Assembly: GCA_918797485.1 (NCBI GenBank)
Contig: CAKKNE010000004.1
Location: 744,001 to 808,000, forward strand
Direction: 5' to 3'
DNA: 64,000 bases
From: Pelagomonas calceolata
Lineage: Eukaryota
Under the pieces are notes generated by a model. The model did no database searches, was not told the origin of the DNA, and worked only from the letters and a program-made list of their open reading frames with translations. A program made the position numbers and the translations under genes. Shown here in pieces: positions 32,017 through 42,084 of the stretch; position 1 is the first letter of the stretch, and each line of letters opens with the position of its first letter.

Positions 32017-32371
32017 CTTTGTGCGGCGGCGGTTTCGCGGCGGCGGCGCGCAGAGGTCTTGCGGGCGGGTCTCGCGCTGCCGTGGCGCGCACGCTTACGT
32101 GCCGCGGCGGCGGCGTTGGTAACCAGGCACAGAGGGCCCCTGTGCCTTTTTTTGCTGCGGGAGTGCGACGGGGGTACTTGGCAAGCAGGGTAGCGGCAGG
32201 ACTAGGTCCGATGCTCTTCCTGAACAATGCTTAGCCGTGCGCTGGTGCACTCGTCGGCTAGATCTGCGCTCGAGCCGCAAAAACAGTAGGGCCTAGCGTT
32301 CACACACACACTAGCACAATTCAGAGCTCGCACGCCATCGACGCGCCCCGGCGTTCAATAGACTTCCTATA

Positions 32372-33289
32372 TTACAACAAAACAGGCCTCGAACGACGAG
32401 GCCGCCGCAGCCGCCGCCCGCTTTGCACGAGCGCCGGCGCCCAGACCTCGTTGTGCTCCACTTCATCCCGCTTCACGTAGCCGTGGGCCTCCAACAACGC
32501 CGCCGTCCCGTACTGCGTGTCGTTGCTCAGATGATTGTTCTCGAAAACCAACAATGGCCGCGCGCTCCGGAGCGTCGCGCGCGCGCCCCTTAACGCTCGC
32601 AACTCCGCGCCTTCGACGTCGAGGTGCAACAATCCTAGATCAGAGACATCCTCAAGAAAAGAATCTACCGTCCGGCACAGCAGGCGCTTCTTCATGAGCC
32701 GCCGCCGCTCGTCAATCGCCCAGCCCCCAGGATTCGCGTCGGACACGTCCAGCGCGCAGGCCCGGTCGCGCGCCGCCAGGCCGTTGTGGTAGACTCGGAC
32801 GTTCGTCAGGTTGTTTCTGGTAGCCATAGCTCGCACGAATTCGCACTTGCTTTCGTCTGGATCCACACCAACAAATGTCAGAGAAGGGAAACTCGCAGCC
32901 AGCGGTAGCAGGTGGTCGCCGACGTGCATGCCCGCCTCGAGGGTCGTCGTCGTGTTTCCCGTTTTAGCGATGCGGGCGAGGTGCGCGTGAATTAGAGCAC
33001 GGGTTTGCGGCTCCCAGCCGACCGTGAAGCCTTCTACGCGCCGCGCGAACTCGTCGGCCCAGGTGCTGTTCACCACACAGAAGCCGCGTTTTGCTAGCAT
33101 ATTGTAGACGGCGCGGCCCTCGCAGTCATCATCAACATGATAGCCGAACGGGTCGTCGTCGCGCGCGCCGCCGGCGAGGTAGTCGTCGTCGTCTTCCTCG
33201 TCGTCGTAGGGGTCGTTGTCCGGCGGTTGTTCGAAGGCGTCGAAAGCGCGCGTGGCGGCGAGCGCTGCCAGGAGGAGCCAGTGGCGCAT
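32372..33289 (-). CDS. FkbM-family SAM methyltransferase with signal peptide
   Basis: LEAGMHVG, LLHLDVEGAELRALRGA..RPLLVFE. Confidence 0.8.
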   Translation of the reverse strand: MRHWLLLAALAATRAFDAFEQPPDNDPYDDEEDDDDYLAGGARDDDPFGYHVDDDCEGRAVYNMLAKRGFCVVNSTWADEFARRVEGFTVGWEPQTRALIHAHLARIAKTGNTTTTLEAGMHVGDHLLPLAASFPSLTFVGVDPDESKCEFVRAMATRNNLTNVRVYHNGLAARDRACALDVSDANPGGWAIDERRRLMKKRLLCRTVDSFLEDVSDLGLLHLDVEGAELRALRGARATLRSARPLLVFENNHLSNDTQYGTAALLEAHGYVKRDEVEHNEVWAPALVQSGRRLRRPRRSRPVLL

Positions 33290-33616
33290 TGTGGTGGCAG
33301 TTGTGGTCTGCAGGGGCAGCCGTCGGATTGCCGCCACGGGCAGCCGCGATTGGTGTGGTGCAGGACGCTACGCTCGCGATCGCTGCGTTGCAAGGGCAGC
33401 CCTCCGTCGCTGCGGAGCGCGGCACGATTTTTCGTCGTGGCTCGACGCCGCGGCGGCGTTTTGGCGACAGGATCGGCGCGTCAAGGGTCTGGTGGGGCGT
33501 GTGAGAGCGCCTCTGGGACGGATCCCGGGTGGTGTCGAATTTCCGGTCTCGCTTAAATGCAAATCAATTCAGGTCTCCAGATTTGCGCCGGCGGCAAAGA
33601 GCGGCAGCGCGCAGGC

Positions 33617-35572
33617 ATGGCTGCCCAGGCGCTGCTGCGGGCAGCCTCGGTGGTGCTCCTTTGTTGGCGCGCGGCGACCGCGGGGACTTGCTTCTCCGAC
33701 GACTTCAGTAGCATCGATAGCGGCTGGATCTCCGTTGACGGCGACTGGAAGTGGTCGGGCGGCACGGTCGACGACAATGTTGGCAACTATGGCGAAGGTC
33801 ATGTACTGTACAGAGATGCCGACTACAGCGATGGCTACCTTGAGGCCTCGGTCAGTGTGTCTAGTGGGCAAGCGGGGCTCCTCTTTCGCATCGCCGACAT
33901 GCCGGTTGCCGCCGATTACATCAACAACGCTGGCCAGATGTACTACTGCGGCATAAATCTAAATTGGGTTAGATGCGGGCGTATGAACGATGCCTGGTCG
34001 GAAATCTGGAGATACAATACCCCGATCGCACTCGGACAGTTTTATGACCTCGGTATTAACATGGAGGGATCAAAATTCACGGTCTTCCTTGACGGTGCCG
34101 AGATCGGCAGCTTCAGCGACTCTAGTTATAGTAGCGGCGGTATCGGCTTGCGGACTTATTGGGGCCGCGGCATCTACGACTCCATCTCGTACGAGGCGCC
34201 AGGATGCGCCGGTTCCAACAGTCCCTTCGTGTACGTCGACCAGGAAATGTCTTGGACGGACGCGCGCGAGTACTGCCGGACGCACCACCACGACCTCGCA
34301 TCGATCCACAGCGCTAGCGAGAATGCGGAAGTCGCCGCACTCTGTCCTGTATGGTGCTTTCTCGGCGGCTCCGACGTAGATCAAGAGGGCACGTGGACTT
34401 GGTCGGACGGCAGCGCGTGGGCCTACGAGAACTGGGACACCGGACAGCCCAACAATGTGAATGGACCTGAGGACTATCTAAATATGTGGGGGGCCGCGCC
34501 CGGTTCTTCTAACAGAGAGCACGGAAAGTGGAACGATTTGCGACCGGAAGGTCCACATACGTTCGTGTGCAGAGAGACGCCAGCCAGCAGCACATACGAA
34601 ATCGTGGTGAACGGCGTCATGAACGAACCCCTCACGGTCATTGGCGACGCCTGGGCCGCAGGCTCTGATAGCTTTGGCAGCTACATCACCAGCAGCCCAG
34701 GCTTATGTTACGCCGGGGGCACCGGCGTATGTTACCTGCGATGGGAGCACGACTTGGGCACCGGAGACTTTACGTCGACCATGAATCTCGTCGTGACCGA
34801 CCTCTACAATTCTGGCGCATCATTCGAGTTCAATTACAACAGCGCATGGGGTTCGAACTTCGGTTTTGCGGGTTATGGCAGTTTGGATGTCTTCACCGAC
34901 GGCCCGTTTTTTGGCGATGGTCCGTCTTATCATGGAAATCTAGCCTCGTACGGCATCATCGATGGAGAACTGATGACATTAGTTGTCCAGCGGCGTGGGG
35001 ACGACTACACGATCTCGGTCACCACGGCGGCTATGGGGGAGAAGGTCGTGCATACACAGACGAAGGCCGGGGACATCCAAGGACTCGGCCTGCGCCCGTG
35101 GCGCGGGACTATCCGACTGTACTCCTGGACCGTTACGACGGGGTTGTCGATACAGGGAACCTACGATGCGGACGCCGACGACGATTCGGACGACAACTCC
35201 CTCGTCGTGATCCTGGGCGTCGTCATCGGCGTACTCCTCGTGGTTATCGCCATATTAGTGATTATGAAACGGAGCAAAGTGGCGAAGCCCCCGCAAGGGC
35301 ACCGAGGCCCCGCGATGGTAGAGGCCGCAACATCGCCGACGGCGCCGCCGCAACTGGCGTCGATCAAGGCCGAGGCTCTCGGAATGATGTCGGAAGAGCC
35401 CATCGCGGAGGCCGTGCCCCACGGCCACGTCTCGGGCGCCGAGGCCGCCGCGATGGCCGCGGGAGAGCCGCCGCCACAGCCGTCGGCGGGCTGGGGCAGG
35501 CGCTTCGCGTCGTGGCGGGCCGTCGTGGAGCCGCCACCGCCGCCCGAGCCGGAATTCGAACCGGAATGCTAA
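33617..35572 (+). CDS. Type I membrane protein 1: beta-sandwich (ConA-like) module A + C-type lectin + second beta module + TM + conserved tail
   Basis: CTLD: SWTDAREYC..LASIHS..WTWSDG..WDTGQPNN..WND; TM LVVILGVVIGVLLVVIAILVIM; tail GHVSGAEAAAMA..FASWRA..EFEPEC. Confidence 0.8.
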   Translation: MAAQALLRAASVVLLCWRAATAGTCFSDDFSSIDSGWISVDGDWKWSGGTVDDNVGNYGEGHVLYRDADYSDGYLEASVSVSSGQAGLLFRIADMPVAADYINNAGQMYYCGINLNWVRCGRMNDAWSEIWRYNTPIALGQFYDLGINMEGSKFTVFLDGAEIGSFSDSSYSSGGIGLRTYWGRGIYDSISYEAPGCAGSNSPFVYVDQEMSWTDAREYCRTHHHDLASIHSASENAEVAALCPVWCFLGGSDVDQEGTWTWSDGSAWAYENWDTGQPNNVNGPEDYLNMWGAAPGSSNREHGKWNDLRPEGPHTFVCRETPASSTYEIVVNGVMNEPLTVIGDAWAAGSDSFGSYITSSPGLCYAGGTGVCYLRWEHDLGTGDFTSTMNLVVTDLYNSGASFEFNYNSAWGSNFGFAGYGSLDVFTDGPFFGDGPSYHGNLASYGIIDGELMTLVVQRRGDDYTISVTTAAMGEKVVHTQTKAGDIQGLGLRPWRGTIRLYSWTVTTGLSIQGTYDADADDDSDDNSLVVILGVVIGVLLVVIAILVIMKRSKVAKPPQGHRGPAMVEAATSPTAPPQLASIKAEALGMMSEEPIAEAVPHGHVSGAEAAAMAAGEPPPQPSAGWGRRFASWRAVVEPPPPPEPEFEPEC

Positions 35573-35882
35573 ACGAAATTCACACCCCCTTCCCCCAATT
35601 GACAGCGAAATTCATCGATCCCGCTTCCGAGTCGGCCGCGCTCTGCGTACTAGGACATTCTAAAAAGCCACTAGGCCTGCTCTAGTGTATGCGCTTGGCT
35701 TGCTAGCCAAAAGCCAGAGAGCGAGTCGCTTATTGCGGCCAGCCATAATCGCTCGAAACCCGCGCGACGCTCTCAGAAGGTGGAAAAATTTTGCGCAGTG
35801 AGCCGCGCAGGATCGGCGTGAAGATTCGAGCGGCAGCTGTTCTGGCACTTGCCGAGTGACACACATGTTGCGGGCAGCCTCG
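35573..35882 (+). repeat. Duplicated intergenic segment (second copy ~37344-37645)
   Basis: acgaaattc...gagtcggccgcgctct..gtactaggacattctaaaaagcca...ggcacttgccgagtgacacacatgttgcgggcagcct occurs twice. Confidence 0.85.
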
Positions 35883-37343
35883 GTTGTGGCGCTGGCGGCT
35901 GCTAGTCTGGCAGGCAAGCACCATGCTGTCCGGCGGCGGCTGTCAGAGCCCCCCGACGGCTGTGCGCTGTACGTTGCTGGTCCCGTCGTCGCTTCCAGCG
36001 GTAACCAGGTGGCCACCGTCGATTCGCTCCAGGACTACGAGCTCACGTTCACGATGGAGCTGGCGAGCGACTGGAGCGTCACGGGCGAGTGGCAGTCCAT
36101 CCTCAAGATCGGAAGCTCGGATGGTCAGCGGCTCCCTGGGATATGGCTAGGGGACACTAACAACAGAATGTTAGTGACGCAGTCCCACAGCTACTGCGAA
36201 AGTTGCTGCTGCCATAATAGCGTGAACGTGTTAGAAGGTACATTCACGGCCGGCGAGACCTACGAAATCAAGGTCATTGTCGAGAATAACCAGATGGCGG
36301 TGTACGTCGACGGCGTGAACCGCGGCACCACGTCGTTGAGCGCTACTTATGCTGCGACGGACGCGGCGGTCTGGGTCGGGGATCCTTGGCATTCGTACGA
36401 CGCCGACAAGGTGACGCTCTCGGACATCACGCTCTCCGAAGTCGCGCTCGCCGACGTCTGCCGGGAGAATGCCGGCACTACTACCATTGGTTCGTTCACC
36501 TTCCAGGCGGGCCGCTGCTACCCTCAGTCCGAAGCGCCGGTTATAAACACGGCTGGCCTTATGAGCGACACCTTGAGGAGAACGGGAACGCCCCAAGAAT
36601 GCTACGACTACTGCACGGGCAATTCCGGTTTTAGCATAATGGGTCTCGACCTAAGGCCCACTGGTGGACAGGATTGTACGTGTAAAGTAGCCGAGGACGA
36701 CTACAACGACGGAGCGGACTGTAAGCGACGCGCCGATACATCGACGGCGATCGAAGACATGGACTGGTCGTCTATGATCGAAGATTATGTCTGTTTCACG
36801 GAGGATTTCGACGCCGACGCCGAGCTGTCGAAGCTCTGCGACGATGTCGTCAGCGATGCCGCCGGCAGCAGCAGCAGCAACGGCAAGGATTCGGACAACG
36901 AGGGGCACCTCCTCATGATCCTGATAATTCTCCCAACCTTACTTCTCGCGGTTATCGCCTGGGCCATATTAGTGGTGATCAAGCGGCGCAAGCTGGCGTC
37001 GATCTGCGACCGTCTGCGGCGTCCGTCTGCGGCCGCGCCTCCGGCGCACGAGCCGACGCCGCTGTCGCCGTCGGCGCTGGCGTCGATCGAGGCCAGTAAT
37101 CTCAAAATGATGGGAACGATGTCGGACGAGCCGCCCCAGGCCGCGGAGCCCATCTCGGAGGCCACTTCCGTGCCCAAAGGTCACATCTCGGGCGCCGAGG
37201 CCGCCGCGATGGCCCAGCCGTCGGAGGGCTTGGGCGCGCGCACCTTGCAGCGCCTCGCGTCATGGCGGGCCGGCGAGGAGCCGCCGCCGCCGCCCGCGGC
37301 GGAAGCGTATGCGACGGAAGCGGAATTCGGACCGGAACCCTAA
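35865..37343 (+). CDS. Type I membrane protein 2: LamG/ConA-like domain + Cys-rich (WSC/PAN-like) module B + TM + conserved tail
   Basis: Signal peptide; QMAVYVDGV..VWVGDPW; FQAGRCYP..CYDYC..MGLDLR..GGQDC.C; TM; same tail motif. Confidence 0.75.
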   Translation: MLRAASVVALAAASLAGKHHAVRRRLSEPPDGCALYVAGPVVASSGNQVATVDSLQDYELTFTMELASDWSVTGEWQSILKIGSSDGQRLPGIWLGDTNNRMLVTQSHSYCESCCCHNSVNVLEGTFTAGETYEIKVIVENNQMAVYVDGVNRGTTSLSATYAATDAAVWVGDPWHSYDADKVTLSDITLSEVALADVCRENAGTTTIGSFTFQAGRCYPQSEAPVINTAGLMSDTLRRTGTPQECYDYCTGNSGFSIMGLDLRPTGGQDCTCKVAEDDYNDGADCKRRADTSTAIEDMDWSSMIEDYVCFTEDFDADAELSKLCDDVVSDAAGSSSSNGKDSDNEGHLLMILIILPTLLLAVIAWAILVVIKRRKLASICDRLRRPSAAAPPAHEPTPLSPSALASIEASNLKMMGTMSDEPPQAAEPISEATSVPKGHISGAEAAAMAQPSEGLGARTLQRLASWRAGEEPPPPPAAEAYATEAEFGPEP

Positions 37344-37628
37344 ACGAAATTCCCACCCCCCTTTCCCCAATTGCCAGCGAAATTCATCGACCCTGCTTCC
37401 GAGTCGGCCGCGCTCTCCGTACTAGGACATTCTAAAAAGCCAATAGGCCTGCTCTAGTGTATGCGCTTGGCTTGCTAGCCGAAAAGCAGAGAGCGAGTCG
37501 CGCTGAAAATCGCTCGAAACCCGCACGACTCAGAGTTCAAGCTTTTTGCATTGGCACCAGCCGTTTGCCGCGCAGGATCATCGTAAAACTCGAGCGGCAG
37601 CTGTTATGGCACTTGCCGAGTGACACAC

Positions 37629-39487
37629 ATGTTGCGGGCAGCCTTTGTAGCGATGCGGCAGGCGCTATGCCTCTTCCTGTTAGCGCCTGTCGACCAGGTA
37701 GCCCAGCTGACGGCGGCGCAAGAGTGTCCCGAAGAGGCAGACTTCGATTTTTCATCATCCGTCCCCTTGGCGTATGATGGTGGCGAATGCGGACATTTCT
37801 GCCGGGCATACAATTGGTGCATCGACAGACACAACATCGCGGAGTATAATGATAAAACATTGACTGAGTGCGCGTGCGCCTGCCAATCCAACTCTGCGTG
37901 CGTCTCCTTCGACTGGCGGGACGGGACTGGATACAACTGCGCGTTGCAGTTCGCGCGCAGCAGTGAAGTCTCGCATGGAACCACGTGCATCGATATTGGG
38001 TGGTCTTATTTCGAGAAGCTGACGATGACCGCGGGGACCTGCTTCTCCGACGACTTCAGTAGCATCGATAGCGGCTGGATCTCCGTTGAGGGCGACTGGT
38101 CGTGGTCGGGCGGCACGGTCGACAACAATGTTGGCAACTATGACGAAGGTAATGTACTGTACATTGACGCCGACTACAGCGATGGCTACCTTGAGGCCTC
38201 GGTCAGTGTATCTAGTGGTGAGGAAGCGGGTCTTCTCTTTCGCATCACCGACATGCCGGCTGCTGCCAATTACTTCAATGACGCTGGTCAGATGTACTAC
38301 TGCGGCATTGCGAGAATTAACTATTCTCAAATGGTGATATGCGGGCGCATGAACAACAACTGGTCCGAACTCTTCACATACTATACCACGATCGCACAAG
38401 GACAGTTTTATGACCTCGGTATTAACATGGACGGATCAGACTTCACTGTCTTCCTTGACGGTGCAGAGATCGGCAGCTTCAGCGACTCTAGTTATAGTAG
38501 CGGCGGTGTCGGCTTGCGGACTTATCAGGGCCGCGGCGTTTACGACTCCATCTCGTACGAGGCGCCAGAATGCACCACCACGACCACCACGACCACGGGG
38601 ACGGGCTACATCTTCCAGGCGGGCCGCTGTTACCCTGAGTCCGGCGCGCCGTTAATAAACACGGGAGGTGGTATGGCAAACGACGTTAGCGACGACTTTA
38701 GAGAAACAGCATCGCCCCAACTATGCTACAATTACTGCGCCGCTAATACAATGGGCAACAATTACATGGGTCTCGACCTAAGGTCCACTGGTGGACAGGA
38801 TTGTGTGTGTAATCGCCCGGGTGGACACACAATCTTCAATTTCGGTTGGTCTCGTCTTGATGACCAAGGTTCGATTCGCACGCAGGCAAACCAGCCCAGG
38901 ACGACTACAACGATGACCGCTGGGGGATGTGTAAGCGACCCGCTGTGACATCGGTGGCGATTGAAGACATGGACTGGTCCTGGATGACCGAAGATTATGT
39001 CTGTTTCACGGAAGATTTCGACGCCGACGCCGAGCTCTCGGAGCTCTGCGACGAGGGCGAGAGCGATGCCGACGGCGGCGGCGGCGACGACAAGGATTCG
39101 GACGACAACTCCCTGGCGTTGATCTTGGGCGTCGTCGGCGCGGTCGTTGTCGTGGGTATCGCCATCATGATCGTCGTGATGAAGCGGCGCAAGCCGGCGA
39201 AGCCTCCGTCTGAGGCCGCGCCTCCGGTCGCGGCTGTGGTGCATGAGCCGACGTCGCCGCCACCACCGCCTCTGGCACCGATCAAGGCTATGGCCCTCGA
39301 AATGATGGCCGAGGAGACCGCGGAGTTCGCCCCAGAGGCCGCTAGCCTGCCACCGGGTTACGTCTCAGGCGCCGAGGCCGCCGCGATGGCCCAGCCGTCG
39401 GAAGGCTGGGGCAGGCGCTTCGCGTCGTGGCGGGCCGTCGGGGAGCCGCCGCCGCCGCCTCAGGCGGAATTCGAACCGGAATGCTAG
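37629..39487 (+). CDS. Type I membrane protein 3: PAN/apple-like + module A + module B + TM + conserved tail; exons 37629-38808 and 38886-39487
   Basis: TLTECACACQSNSACVSFDW..NCAL; module A shared with gene 1, module B with gene 2; splicing gives DCVCKPAQDDYND, matching paralog DCTCKVAEDDYND. Confidence 0.8.
38809..38885 (+). mobile_element. Introner-like intron absent from the paralog
   Basis: gtaatcgc + ccgggtggaca ... tcgattcgcacgcag; the homologous site near 36681 is uninterrupted. Confidence 0.75.
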
Positions 39488-39540
39488 AAATTCACCCCGT
39501 CAAAATTCGCACGCGCTCTCCTAGCAACATTCTAAAAAAC

Positions 39541-41679
39541 TTAAGTCTGCTCCGGGTTCGCCTCGCGGAAGGCCCCGATGGCGTTCCGCAACGTAATATT
39601 CGGCACGAGGTGCTTGTGCGCCAACGGCAGGTTCGTCTGCGGCGACGTGTCGTGCCTTTCCAACCAAGCGCTAATCGCGTGGTGCTCGTACGAATGCCCG
39701 TCGGCACACACGTGCGGGTCGACCATGAGCTCCTGCGTGATCGGGCAGACGAAGTCGTCGGGGCACGACGTGAGCAACTTCCGCTGCCGCGCCGCCTCGA
39801 CGCGCGTCCGCGCGGCGTCCATTTCAGCCAACAGCACCCCGAGCGTCTTCACGTCGAGGCCCTCCAACTGCTCGCCCTTGTAGTGAGCTAATTTCCTGTG
39901 GACAATATCCGCCTCCGCCCGTAACATCGCCTGCTGCGCCGCGTGGACCGCATTCAGTGCCCGTAACTCGTCCTCCCGATGTAGCAACTGCTTGCGCATG
40001 CGCCGCGCCTTGTTCTTCGACAGGGGCCCCTCGTTTTCGTCCTCTTCTTCGACAGTCGGCTTCACTACAACAGGTTTCATGAGGGCAGCATTAGCATGCG
40101 CTTTCTGGGTCCAGGTACTTCGCGACTCGTCGTCGAACATGGTTTCGGAGCCGCGCAACCGCTCGACCAACCCGCCGTAGGCTTTATCCCCTTGTAACCC
40201 TTCTCCGGTAACAAAGCACCAGTCGCCCGCAATTGATGTGACGTAGTCGTAGCGGCCGGCGCGCACGACGCACTTGTATTTTGTATTCGCCTCCAATCTG
40301 ATTGACGGTCGGAAGGTTAACGAACCCGTCTCGGCATCGTACGTGCATTCACCAGGCACATCTCTTGAAACTTCTACAGTTAAGTTCAGAGCTTGGAGCT
40401 GGTCCCTCGTAAAACGCTCCGGATGTGACAGGGCGCAGTGCTGCTCGCGCGAGCAGGCCTCGTCGTCGTCACTGACGTCTTCGCCGGCGTTCCACGCGCC
40501 GTCGGCGCCGTCGTCCGCGAAGACGCGTTCTAGATGTAACGAGGCGCCCTCATCACTCGCTAGATGCACGACGCACCGACACACGACGTCCGTGCCCACT
40601 TCAGACGAGTCCGGAGGTGGTGAACGGGCCGTAGGCAAGGGCACGGCCACCACGCCTACCAAGGCGCGGTCGCACCCCAGCAGACCGGCCGCACATGCGT
40701 CAGGCTCGGCGTCCAACCGTCTCAATGAACGCACCTGCACACCAGCGGCATCGCTCGTCACGGGCTCGCAATTGTAAAAAGCGCAGTTTCGCGGGAGCGG
40801 CGGGCCCGCGTCTCGGATCAATTGCTCCACATCAGACCAAACTGCTGGCGGCGGCGCTCGAAAAGGCGACGCGCTCCCAGGCAACTGGCCGAAACAGCAG
40901 GCGACGCGCTGCCTCCTATAAGCAAAGAGTCGATCATCCACATCCACGTCGCGTCGTAGTTGCTGATCATCGAGTATGGGAAGGCCGTCCTCCGTCGCGA
41001 GATCTAGATCCCCCGCCGTCGCAGCGGCATCTCTAACTGCCTCTCGGACCCGCCTTCCAGTAGCTTTGTCCTCGAGGAACACCTTCACGGTTTTCGTAGA
41101 CCCGGCCAGCGCCAGCGGCCCGTACCTCGACAAATCGCAGGCAACAATCGCATTAATGGAATCAGGCGGCGCGTCGGGCGGCCGGTCATTCGTCCGGCCA
41201 TAGACCACGCGCGCTTCGACCCGTCGCGCGTCCGCGAGGCCACACTCTTGCAAGGAAGCCATCCTACCAGCGCAGAATGAGGGACACACTCGCTGGCCGT
41301 CCGCGTGCCACTCCAACGCTGATAGTCTTCGACCAAACGTGGGAAAGGTCTTCCTACACAGCTCTCGCAGACTGAGAAACGTCTGGTCCTCGGTCAAATC
41401 CGAAAACACATGTACTAAGTCCTTGTTCTTCATGCGGACATGTACTCGTAATTCAAAGGGCTTGCCCGGAATGCGCTGCTGATTCTCTTGCATGAAATGA
41501 GGGACATATACTGCTGCGCTGGCGTTGGTCCCCGCTTTTGGCCGCCGCGCCTCCCAGGCGCTTCGCGACTCGCCGTACCTTCTCGCTTGGGGCGGCGGCG
41601 CTGCGCTGCTCCAGGTGCCCGGGTCGCGGCGGGCGTAGTCCTCGGCGGATGGGGGCTTTTTTGTGCTGCGGCCAATCAT
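39541..41679 (-). CDS. U-box E3 ubiquitin ligase with ubiquitin-like/Ig-like segments and a coiled coil
   Basis: PDDFVCPITQELMVDPHVCADGHSYEHHAISAWL..SPQTN..LVPNITLRNAI; start codon uncertain. Confidence 0.85.
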   Translation of the reverse strand: MIGRSTKKPPSAEDYARRDPGTWSSAAPPPQARRYGESRSAWEARRPKAGTNASAAVYVPHFMQENQQRIPGKPFELRVHVRMKNKDLVHVFSDLTEDQTFLSLRELCRKTFPTFGRRLSALEWHADGQRVCPSFCAGRMASLQECGLADARRVEARVVYGRTNDRPPDAPPDSINAIVACDLSRYGPLALAGSTKTVKVFLEDKATGRRVREAVRDAAATAGDLDLATEDGLPILDDQQLRRDVDVDDRLFAYRRQRVACCFGQLPGSASPFRAPPPAVWSDVEQLIRDAGPPLPRNCAFYNCEPVTSDAAGVQVRSLRRLDAEPDACAAGLLGCDRALVGVVAVPLPTARSPPPDSSEVGTDVVCRCVVHLASDEGASLHLERVFADDGADGAWNAGEDVSDDDEACSREQHCALSHPERFTRDQLQALNLTVEVSRDVPGECTYDAETGSLTFRPSIRLEANTKYKCVVRAGRYDYVTSIAGDWCFVTGEGLQGDKAYGGLVERLRGSETMFDDESRSTWTQKAHANAALMKPVVVKPTVEEEDENEGPLSKNKARRMRKQLLHREDELRALNAVHAAQQAMLRAEADIVHRKLAHYKGEQLEGLDVKTLGVLLAEMDAARTRVEAARQRKLLTSCPDDFVCPITQELMVDPHVCADGHSYEHHAISAWLERHDTSPQTNLPLAHKHLVPNITLRNAIGAFREANPEQT

Positions 41680-41910
41680 AGTGGTGCCCCGCGGCTGTTG
41701 AGTCGAGGGGCTTTCCGATTTATGTGGTTGAGGGCAGCCCGCGTGCGCGTGCGGTCGCGCGGGCAGCGCTGTCGCCTGTCGACGTCCAGCTTTTGGCATG
41801 AGAGCCTTTGTTTGAATTCGGGTCGTATCGGTGGCGCGGAGCGCGGAAGCGTGGCGAGGGCTCGGTCTTGCCGGGCTCTGGGTGTCTGCAAACGTGCTGA
41901 GTCGCATCGA

Positions 41911-41932
41911 GCTAGCGGCGTAAGGACACTAG
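41911..41932. promoter_or_regulatory. CTAG-bounded upstream motif variant
   Basis: gctagcggcgtaaggacactag in the divergent gap before 42085(+). Confidence 0.5.
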
Positions 41933-42084
41933 AGCAAGCAAGCAAGCTTGGGCCAGCCATCTTCACGGCACAAAGCCAGCACCCCCACATTCGTTTTGCA
42001 GCCAAAACGATGAATGTCTTCCAGCTCGGCGCCTAGACGCCATCGCTAAGACAAATCGCGACGCGTACTGAAGCTAAGCAGCCA

